Assembly (NCBI GenBank): GCA_040954595.2
Contig: CM082595.2
Coordinates: forward strand, 2,961,943-3,025,942
Length of the DNA stretch: 64,000 bases
Direction of reading: 5' to 3'
Source of the DNA: Balanoglossus misakiensis
Lineage: Eukaryota > Animalia > Hemichordata
Below, in pieces: positions 49,025 to 60,100 of this stretch. Made by a program: the position numbers and the translations under genes. The notes under the pieces were generated by a model that worked only from the letters and a program-made list of their open reading frames with translations, was not told where the DNA came from and ran no database searches. Numbering within the stretch: position 1 is the first letter of the stretch; each line of letters opens with the position of its first letter.

Positions 49025-49200
49025 CTTACTTCGGTTGAGCTAAAGTTAAAATTTTTTTTACAAGTGCATTATGGGCATCCTAATCTATGCAAGATCTTTT
49101 CAGATGCAAAACATTTTTGCATTAGAAAAGATCTTGCATAGATTAGGATGCCCGTAATGCACTTGTAAAAAAAAATTTAACTTAGATCAATCAAAGTAAG
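49025..49200. repeat. Long near-perfect palindrome (~85-bp arms, minimal loop)
   Basis: ...tacaagtgcattatgggcatcctaatctatgcaagatctttt... mirrored by ...aaaagatcttgcatagattaggatgcccgtaatgcacttgta..., centre ~49112. Confidence 0.9.
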
Positions 49201-49638
49201 ACACACACACAATTACATTGCTAAGTTATTCTCCTAATCTAATTTTATTTTCGTCCTTAGGTGCAGGGAAGTTGCCATGGACTCGGTTGTACACATCAAT
49301 TAAGATTTAATGCACTTTTGGAATCTATCAATCGTACAATATTCCTAAGTTTTAAAACTATTGACAGTTATACATGCACACATTCTAGACTGCCTATTTC
49401 TATTATTGTCAGAGCATTTCAAACTTGTCCGCTTATTTTATAAAGTAAATAAAAGAATTGCATTATTCAAGAGAAATTGTCTGTTCTGTCTTTGTGGTGA
49501 CCCTGACATTCATTACGAACACTAGCTGTGATTTTTATCTAAAATGCAATGAAATTGCATTATGCTATTTTAGGAACTGGATCAAAGTCTTCTGAATTGA
49601 CTGGAAATTAACATCCCTTATGGAAGTACCTGACTCGG

Positions 49639-50065
49639 AACATGCTAAAGGCAATTTCAGATTTGAATAAAGTGAGGAATACTCTAAATTTTTTAACTAG
49701 AAACACTCAAATTTGAATTTCAAAATGGCTGCCAAAATTTACTGAGAAACATTCTCAAATTTGAATTTCAAAATGGCCGTCAAAATTTACTGAGAAACAT
49801 GCTGAAGGCAATTTCAGATTTGAATAAAGTGAGGAATACTCTTAATTTTTTAACTAGAAACATTCTCAAATTTGAATTTCAAAATGGCCGTCAACATTTA
49901 CTGAGAAACATGCTAAAGGCAATTTCAGATTTGAATAAAGTGAGGAATACTGCAAATTTTTAAACTAGAAACACTCTCAAATTTGAATTTCAAAATGGCC
50001 GCCAAAATTTACTGAGAAACATAATTATTCTCAAATTTGAATTTCAAAATGGCCGCCAAAATTTG
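49639..50065. repeat. Composite tandem repeat (3 long units plus sub-repeats) carrying 5 copies of TTTCAAAATGGC(C/T)G
   Basis: aacatgctaaaggcaatttcagatttgaataaagtgaggaatact x3; ctcaaatttgaatttcaaaatggc x5. Confidence 0.9.
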
Positions 50066-50194
50066 CGTTAATGCTACAAAGGAACATTAAAGTAGTCAGA
50101 TATTGAACCTTAAATTAAACAGTTTTGTGCGACTCTCCTGACAGAAAATGCAGAAATATTGCTATATGTTTAGCAGATTATACTACATGAAAAT

Positions 50195-50375
50195 CTGGGG
50201 ATCATCCAATATAAGATGACCACTGTTACTTCATTTGGCTATCCAGACAACCTCGCAACAGCCACAGAGATCAGAACACCTGACCTCTGGGGATGATCAA
50301 ATAAGATGACCATGCACCAAGACTGTTACTTCATATGGCTATCCAGACAACCTCGCAACAGCTACCAGAGATCAG
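50195..50375. repeat. ~90-bp imperfect direct duplication
   Basis: ctggggat...ataagatgacca...ctgttacttcat.tggctatccagacaacctcgcaacagc...cagagatcag occurs twice. Confidence 0.85.
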
Positions 50376-53300
50376 TAATTCACTCAAATAAAAGACTGTT
50401 TGGACTATTTGACAGGGGAGGGGGGAACCTGTATTTTGCTAACACTACTAAACTTGGCAATGCCCAGACACATCCAATAAAGTACACGCATCCAACACAG
50501 TTTCTCTTTATTATTGTTCATTATTAAAGTGACAAAATTGCTCTCTATTGACCTATTTTAATATGAAAATTTCTATGCCGTTTGACTTGTTGAAATATGC
50601 CAAAATACTATTCTGTGGCAATGTTTACTTTTCTTGAGGCAATATGTTTGGTTGTCCATATCAACCAAGAAACCTCCAAACTTCTTGGACGAACAAATCT
50701 ATCTGATAAACTTTGTTTGACTACCAGCACTAGCTACTCTTATGGCAAGACAATTACAGATTTCGCGAAGTCTTCTGCACACTTGCAACTGACAAGTCAG
50801 GATCATCTCTATAGGTCACTTTCATGAAAATTCTGCCATTTGCTTGAAAGGGCTTGTCCTGCGCAACTTTTTTGCTGTTGCGCACTGACTAATTTGATGG
50901 ACAACTGCCCCAATGAAAATACATTGCAATAAAATATTATCTAGCAAGTCAACATCATTTACATGAACACGATTGTCTGCCATCAATGCATCTGACTGAC
51001 TAAATCCTATTGAGTAAATGAAATGAGTGACGTACCTTCACTGCACTGCTCCATTGAAGACCACCATGTTGGGGCTTGGTGAAGTGTTGCATCCACAATG
51101 TTGTTCTGAATAAATGACAAGAAAAGCAAGTTTCAGACATACAAATACAATTACACCTCTCAAATGACAGAAATGGAATTCTTACAAGTTGCATTTGTGA
51201 ATTTAGAGAAAAATAAACAAGCAAGTTTTGATTTGAAGACTCAAAATTGGACAAAGGGTTCAGCCATGGCACAAAAACCAAAAACCATGTGCTTGAATGA
51301 AAGCCCCCCCACGAATTCTAGACAATTCTACTGGACTTGCAGACTGAAATGACTGTTCACAAAGGAAAAAATAAAGCCATGACTTACCTCAAAACAATGT
51401 AGTAATTTCCAGCTAACAGCAAATCCTGGTGTGGAAATTGGGAAGGTAAAATTGAGTTTTTGAACTGGGAAAGTCAAAACAAACATGGACAGGAAAATTT
51501 TCCCTGCTATCACACCACCTCTCTGCATGCTCTGACTTATGCATAATCTGTTGGTCTTCTATTGTTAAACAAATTTTGTTTTGACAGACTGACCATTCAC
51601 AGACTGCAGATAGGAAATACTGCTGATAGTGATTTGCATAGATGTATGCTAATTGAGAGCCAGCAGACCAGCTGTGTTCATGCAGGAGACAGCCAATCAG
51701 GGACTTGCAATCATTCCAATAAACCAATCAAGAAAAGGCAACTAATTATGAAAGTAAACACAACAAATACACATCTCATAAAGCACCCTCAATGACTAAA
51801 TAGTGATTTCTCCAGACAATACAAAAATTCATTCGAAATTCACTTTTATTTTCTATCAAAATAGTCCGAGGTTGTCCACGGTATAAATGAACACCGCTTT
51901 TTTTCTCTGAAGGTTCCATCCTAAACAAATTATATACAACATAGATGGGCAGAAATCCAAGATCACCCAAATAGTCAACAGCAAAGTACAAAAGATAAAT
52001 TTTCACATATACACATATTAACACTACAATCTAGCATTTACCAGGAAAGTAATTCAACTTTTTTACAGGATTAAAATATAAGTACTTTTATACCACAGTA
52101 GTCTGGTGTAGTCAACTATTCCCATACTTAGCTGCAAACATAGCTAATGTAGAAAAGATGAGAGACTTTTATTCAAAATTAGATTCTTGTATTATTTTTA
52201 GTTGACATGAAATATTCAGAAAATACAGTACAACAGTGTCGACTTTTTTAAAAGGAACTTTTTACAGCTTTTTTCAAGGGTATGAGAAATGTTTGGATTC
52301 ATAGAAATGGCAGAGTGAAGTATCTTTTTCTAGATTGTCATAAGGAAATGACAGAAACCTTTTTCCATAATACATGAATACAAGTGTTTAGCGATACTGA
52401 TAAAGACATTGGCAGAATAAAGCACAGCAAAAGTCAAAATAATAGAAAGAGAAAAGATTCTGATCAATGAGAGAAAAACAAGATTTTTTAAACAGACTTC
52501 GTTCAAGTTGAAGATGGAAAATAAATGTTGATATGTTCACACCCTTCCACCCCTAATCTGGGGTTCAGTGGTCTAATCATTCACTTGAGGGTAATGGGAC
52601 AAGACCAAATTGTATGGGTTGGAGGGGTAAAATTGACAAAGGAATCACAGAGTTTGTATTAGCGTCAGAAGTGAATTATGTTTGATAATGGACTACCAAG
52701 ACAGGAGTTTGCTATTTAATTTTATAGCAGGCAGTAATTCATATACTTTTTAATCAGCTGACCAGTTCCATATATTGCACACATGCAAAGTTTTTTTTTT
52801 CAAATTGGAGAATTGTCTTTGAATCAGCTTGTATTTTTTTTGTAACCCTTCCACCACCATGGTTCAGTCCAAACCCACTGTTTTCTATGGCAAGGTTGGA
52901 CCTCTAAAGTGGGAACTGGGGGTGACCAGGTCAGCCAGCAGAGTGTTTCTTGAAGGAAGGCGATCGGTTGCGGAGTGTTTCGTTTTCCCAGCGGCATTTC
53001 CACTGGACGTCGCAATCAACAATGACGTGTATCAATATGGTGTGAGTGCACACACACACACAACACAAGCACAGTTCACTTCACAGAAATACTCCTTCAA
53101 AACAGAAAAACACAAAATAATCACGGGCAAACGTCCGATGGTCGGTCAACTTCACCAACATGCTAGACAGTCCAACAATCGTATCACCAGGAACAGAGTA
53201 TATATACATCGAAAGCAGACGATGCTTGCTCATAAAAATGTCTGAGCATCTTCACCGCGTCCACAAAAAATGTTTAATTCCCTTCAAAGCAGGGAAATCA

Positions 53301-53435
53301 CTATTTTTTTCTTTTTTGAAATACAAAATCATGGAGGGACAGCGTTAGCATGGAGGTATCTTTCTGGTCCAATAAGGTCACTTGTATGTGTAAATTACAA
53401 AGACTTCCAAGCAGTGTTTAGCGACGATCCCGATT

Positions 53436-53580
53436 CACATTGCTATGGCAATCCCTCTGCACTGTTACTATGACAACCAATTCACACTGTTGCTATGGCA
53501 ATCCCTCTGCACTGTCACAACATCAACCAATTCACACTGTCGCTATGGCAATTCCTTTACACCGTTGCTATGACAATCAT
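53436..53580. repeat. ~25-bp tandem repeat (~6 units) derived from the last SPEN codons
   Basis: Units (g/a)ttgctatg(g/a)caat... at ~25-bp period; the last unit on the + strand encodes IVIATV-stop on the minus strand. Confidence 0.75.
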
Positions 53581-54103
53581 CAAATGCGAAATGTCCTGGA
53601 CGCTGTCAAGTAGATCCGGTGCTACACTCCGTAGATTATCCTGGGTGAAATCACAGGGCGGAAATATGTGGAGAACATAGGCAGCCTGGAAAGAAATAGA
53701 AAGTTTTAATGTTACATTAAATACCACCAGTATTCACTTGTGTGAAAAATCGCATCACAAGTTACAGTGAGTGCTTCTTAGATTGAAGTTTGTAAGAGCT
53801 GAGTTCGATGGCTCAGAACACTGGGCAATTGAATAATGCTGGTGTTAAACTAACCTGATTTGAACCTGGAGCTGGTACATTGATGATCCCAGCAGCATGT
53901 TTCTCTTGAAGGTACTGTAAGAATCCTGTTTGAAGGGTCTTGGTTTGGGACACAACATCATACTGATCCCGTCCACATGGCAGTGCTAGTAGCAAACAAT
54001 ATGTACCGTCCACCTGAAAGAGAAAGAGATGTTTAACATGGTGCATTTCTCATGTGTGTTTTTTTCCAGTGCATATGTTGTTGTCATATCATCATCATCA
54101 ACG

Positions 54104-54160
<57 letters not shown>

Positions 54161-57100
54161 CCACCACCACCACCACCACCATCACCACCACCATGTGATT
54201 TCCAGGGTGCCTAGAATCCGAGCTCCCAGGCCCGTTAGGCTGCCAAGTGTGTGTTATTCAGTAGGGCCTATACAAGACCCTCAGACCAAGACAGTACAAA
54301 CCAGTGCGATTTGGTACATTTTACAGTGGGCTCAGACTGCCAAGTGTGTCTAAGTACGTATGAGAGCCATGTCAAGACAGTCAAAATACGTTTAAGAAGA
54401 AAAAGTGGCAAATACGTATTTTAAGGGACTTGACACAGATATGACACCCAGTAGCATTAAGGTTAATACACTAGGTGAGATTGTCTGAAGAAACTGACCA
54501 CTGTACACACCTGCATATGTCTGGACACCCCGTCCAGCTGTGATGGTTCCAGTCGCATTCTCTGGGCAATCCTCAGTAATGGCAGTGTTCCTCCAGGAAG
54601 GAGAGCTGGCAGAGATTGCTGGGCGATTTCCTTGTTGCCGGATACATAGTGCATCTCCACAGAGCTGAATTCATTCTTCAAAACCAACTGTCCCCACCAC
54701 ATGACCGGATAGCGCTGAAAACACACAATATGAATAAGTTACTTTAGACTACAGTACACTTACATCTGTGAGAGTGGCCACCTCTATATAGTGGCCAGTT
54801 TTTAACAGTCCCCATACAATTTACTGTGCATTATTTGACCTGTCTATAAAAGCATGTTAGGAAAGTCCCTTAAATGGCCACTATATACATGTTCGACATT
54901 ATTTTAACAGCTGGGGAGAGTAAGATGTTCTTAAGTGATATGAAGTAAGTACTGAAGAAAATATGCCATTTTATCGACTGATTTTTCCAGCTGAATTCTG
55001 AACAGTTCAAAGCCTATTTTTGTTGAGTGTTCTCAGCTCTTACCTGTAGAAGTCTTGTTAGACTGTCAGGCGTTCTTGATGTTGCTGCTGCCGACGACTG
55101 CATGGTAGCCTGCATCTGGCTGGCGCACTGCTGCTGGTTGGCGACCGTCGACATCTGTGCCCCTTGCAGCGTTGATATGTTCATAGCTTGCATGGAGGAC
55201 GGCATGGGTTGGATGGTGGCCGGCGTGACTGACCTCACGTCTCGCGTGTGTACTGAGATGCGCGGGTGGACGGAATCGGCCATGGAGATGTGCGTGGGAT
55301 TGGGGTCGGAGCTGCTGCTTTCCGGCATGGTGTAGCCCTGATAGTACCGGCTGGATGGCGGTGTCTGCTGTCTTGCCTGCGGTTGGTTCGTCTCGGCTGG
55401 TTTGTCATCATGGCCTTTTGCCGCAGCATGTACGCCGGCGTAGCTTACATTCGGCATCGCTGTGGTCCTGGTGCTGACGGCTGTACTCGTTGCGATTTCT
55501 TTGGTCTTTCCACGATCGCCCGCCATCTGTAGATGCGGGAAGTCTGGCTGTGGGCCTGGGTACAGCAACTGATATCCTGCGAGCTGAGCACTTCCCGCTT
55601 TCGCGACGTGCTCAACCGGCATCTGTGGGATGAACGGGTAAGTCCGTAGCATCTCCGGCCGGACCAGATAACCCTGTACAGCGTCGGTTAGGGTGTGTGT
55701 GAACACTGAGTGTGGAGGGACTGTACTCTTGCTGACTTCGTGCGTCGACGTGATGACCTGAGACGGGTGGCTCGTCTGTTGGCTTTCTTTGGTGACTCGC
55801 ACGTCGTGCATCTGCTGCTGCTGGTAGGCCCAGTGGGGTTGGTGTGTTTGCTGAGGAGACAACAGACGAGTGGTGGCCGGGTAGGCGTGGCTGGCGTGGG
55901 AACCGTGGCCCCATGGCTGCTGTGGCTGGACTGGGTAGGCTCTCTTGTCCACGCCCGTTGGGAGAGATTTGGTGTCTGCAATTGCGATCTGTGACGGGGA
56001 GGTGATTGGTGGGTACTTCATACCCATCGCCAGGTGCGGACTGGCCTGGACATTGGACAGCAGTGTGACACTGTGCTCCTGAGATGGTAAGGTCATCGGG
56101 GCGGCGATGATCGACGCGTTTGTTGTATGGGCAGCTATCTGCTCTGAGGTGGTGATGGCTGGCCTGGATGTGATTTCTCTTTCTTTGGCCTGCTGTTGGC
56201 TGATGAGTTGCTGTGTTTGTTGCTGTTGTTGTTGTTGGGCTTGGTGTTGGCGTCCTCTTGGTGACGGCAGTTGTTGTTGCTGTTGGGATGTTGGCTGCAA
56301 TAGATGTTGTTGCTGCTGTAGTAAAAGATGATGTGGGTATTGATGCTGTGGAGCTTGTGCAAGCCGTGAAGACATGCTCTGCTGTTGCTGTTGGGGTGAG
56401 ACAAGTTGTTGATGTGGGGGCTGTGGTTGCTGCTGTTGTTGTTGTTGTTGTTGTTGTTGCTGTGGTGATACCAATTGCTGCATCTGTACTTGTTGCTGTC
56501 CAGGTGAGAGTAGTGGCTGGCGTGGTTGCTGTTGTTGTTGTGTGGCAATCAATTGTTGTTGTGCTTGTTGTTGTTGTTGATGTGATGTCAGTGGTTGACG
56601 GGGCTGTTGTTGCTGGGAGATAATTTGTTGTTGCTGTTGTGACACCAACTGCTGCTGAGATTGCTGATGTTGCTGCTGCTGTTGTTGTTGATGTTGCTGC
56701 TGCTGTTGTTGTTGATGTTGCTGCTGCTGTTGTGGTTGATGATGTTGCTGTTGTTGTTGCTGAGACTGTTGTGTAACTATTGTTTGGTGTGATTGCGGCT
56801 GTGGTGACACCATAGCCTGCTGCTGAGACGTGGCAGTGGTCATCTGCTGTTGCTGTTGTTGGGATGACAGCATCTGTTGCTGCTGTGCTTGTTGTTGTAG
56901 CATCAATGTGTGTTGCTGTTGTTGCAGTCCTTGCTGGCGTTGCTGTTCGCTCGTGGAAAGCAACTGCTGCTGGTGGAACTTGGGTGATGCAAGTTGTTGT
57001 TGCTGTTGTGGTGTTGCTGGTTGCTGTATTTGCTGTTGCTGCCTGGGAGACATCAACTGTGGCTGTTGCGGGCTTGTGGGTATCTGCAAGCGTGGTGACA

Positions 57101-60100
57101 TTTGTTTCTGCGACGGAGACAGCAGGACCTGTTGCTTCTGCTCCTGCTGTTGCTGCTGCTGGAACTGATGCTGTTCCTGGTGATGCAGTACAAGCTTCTG
57201 TTGACCTTTAGGAGAATGCAGCTGAGTTGGTTTCTGTGGCGACGTATCCACCACGAGCTGAGACATCGGGTTCATTTCCGGCTGGGGTCTCTTGGGTTTC
57301 TCAATTTCCTTCTGTACAGGCACCTGCACTGTTGGAGTGGACGCCACCCTTTTCGTCGGCGACAGATGTGCTCTAGACACAGCAGTCACTTCTTGATGAC
57401 TCGGAGACCGACTCTGCTGCCTCGCCACTCGCCCACCCCCACTCACTTGCCTCGCCCTCCGTCCACGTCTTGAAGGAGACGGTCTCTTCAGGGAGATCTC
57501 GGTCGTCTCAGGCGAGTCTTCAAAGTCATAGACATCCTTCGCAGTCGATTCCTGTTTCCCTGTTTCTTTACTTTCCAGGTTTTCCGGCAGTGTCGGAGAC
57601 AACAACGGAGCTGGGACACTCTCCACATTTGGCACTGGTTCATGTTTATCCACACTCGGCCTCCGATCAGTGTACCGTCTGGTGGTGGATCGTGGCCTTC
57701 CGCGGCCGCGCCTAGCCCCTCTCTTCACTTGCTTGTCGGTCTCTCTCACTTCAGACGGTATATATCCTCCCGGGAAATTGATCTCATGATCCACAACCAA
57801 CGGCTTCACATCCTGCAGACTGGTCAGAATTTCCTCGGTCGGTTTCAGATCCGAGAGAGCTGTCACAGCGCTGGCAGTTTCATCTTTGACATGTGCAAAG
57901 TCATTTTCGCTGGCCTGGTTGAACTGTTCGTTCACACTGGGAGGAGCGGATTCCTCATTCTCAATGTTCACAGTCACTGCCAGCATTTCATTTGTGATCT
58001 GTTCAGGTTCGTTCAACAAGTCTTTCACATCCTGCATATCATCCTTGCTTTCCTCAACGACAGCTGGTACATCAATTTCCTGCGATGTCACCTTCTTCTC
58101 CAACTCCATCATCTCCTCAGCTTTCCTCTTCTCTTCAGCCTCCCTCATCATCTCCTCCCTCTCCCTCAACGCTTCAGATATCTTCAACGTTTTCGGTTTC
58201 CGTCCTCTCTTCTTCCCCCGACTCGTTGCTGCCCCTGGCGACTCTAAAAGCGTGTCCTTATCTTTTGGTGTCGGCGCATCCATGACATCAACTTTAGGTT
58301 TCCTTCCACGACGACGCCTTGGTGCTGTGACAGGTTCTTTAACATCAGTGATGCTGTCATCTACAGGTTCTGATTTCTCTTCCACAGTTTCCACCAGAAC
58401 ACTGGCGCTCGTTAAAGCCAGATCTACATCCTTGAAAGCACTATCAGTTTCCTCAATAATCAGTCTGGCTGCTTTCTCAGTTTCTTGGTTCTCAGCTTCC
58501 TCCTTGGAGAGTTCAAGTTTTTCTTCTTGAAGTCCCGAAGACGTTGTGAATTCATCTGTAAGTTTAGCGTCTTCTGAGGTTCCCCTGACAGTCTCTGCAA
58601 AGTTTGATTCAATGTTCTGTGCCTGCAATTCCCCACTGTCCATATTGGCATCACTCTCTATCACAGGAGCATCTTTGAACAGCTCTACATCTGCCAAACT
58701 TGAGTTTACCTCCGGCACCAAGTTCTCAGAAATGCTTTCCCTGTGCTCTGGTTCCACAACTGTTTCGATCACCAATGGGTGGTTGATAATCTCAAAGACA
58801 GCCTGCTCTGTCTCAGACTGCATACTCATATGCTTCAAGTCGACGTCATCTTCTTCCGTGTCAGAATCAAATATCACTGCCTGCTTGGAACGGGATTTTC
58901 TGGACGACTTTTTTGGCTTGATGTTGACAACCGCATCATCGTCATCATCATGCTGCTCCTCCTTGGCCTTTTCTGCCTGCTTCTTTTTAGACCTGGATTT
59001 ACTCTTTTCCTTCTTGTGTTCCTTCACTTCCTTTGGCTTTTCCGTTTCCTTGGGAATGACTTCTTCATGTGTGTCCTCATTTTCCGTGAAATTGAAAGCA
59101 CTTGTATCTTTCTCCTCATCCTGTACAACACACTTCTCTTTCTCCACATGGATCTCTTTCTCCATTTCTTCCTTCTTTTGTTTCTTGGCTGATTTTGACT
59201 TTCTCTTTTCCGTTGACTTCTTTGGAGTTTTTTCTTCATCAGCAGATTTCCCCTTATGAGATTTCTCGTGCTTTTCCTGCTTTGCCATCTCTGCTTCCAG
59301 TTTCTTTTCCTTCTTACTAGATTTCTCACTTTTCCCCTTCTTTCCGCCATCACCGTCCTTTCGTGCCGGTTTCTCCTTTTCCTCTGTCTTCAACTTCTTC
59401 TTTTCAACTTCTTTCTCCTCATCGTCTTCATCTATTTTCCTCTTGCTTTTGCTAGCACTTTCCTCCTTCTTATTTTCCTGGCTCGTTCTCCGACTCACTT
59501 CTTCGTTTTTCTTAGAAAGCTCCTCGCTCACTTTGTGTGTGTCTTTAATCTCCCCTCTCGCCTCACACATTTCTTTATCGCTATCCGATGCACTGACACT
59601 TGGTGTCTTCAACTTCTTTTTCTTTTCACTTTTCTTCCCGGATTTCTCCTTCTTTTTCTTGGTTTTCTCCGGTTCTTTGTAATTTCTCATATTGGCCGCC
59701 GCCTCCTGCAACTTCAGGTCCAATTCCAACTGCATTGAGAATGCCTGTGAATGCCTCTCAAGGATAGACTCCACGGCGCTTTCAACCTGTCTTTCAGCTT
59801 CCGTCATCTGTCTCTCTTTCGTCTCTTCTTTGGCCTTCGACAGTTGCTGGGTTTTCGGCTCCGTCTTCGGGGGAGAGAATTTCTTGTCCTGACCCGACTC
59901 TCGGATGGCAGTATCGGAATCTCGGATGGCATCATTCGTAGCTGCTACAATACTCTCACTTGGCGGGGGAACAATTGGTGTTTCTTTAACACTGGTTACC
60001 ACAACCGGTGTTGGCTTGCTCTCGACTGACACCTCATCTTTCTTCTCAACAGTTTCTGGTTCTGGCACTTTCGGCTTTTCTTCCACTTTCTCTGTGCTTC

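Larger units (their letters stand above)
45667..49460 (+). ncRNA. Candidate spliced lncRNA / micropeptide transcript threading the satellite block
   Basis: Unique-sequence islands bounded by splice signals: ~45667-45909 (donor GTAAGT), 47861-47937 (ttgcag/GTAAGA), 48714-48781 (tttcag/GCAAGT), and 49261 onward (ccttag) with AATAAA at ~49448. No expression evidence. Confidence 0.35.
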
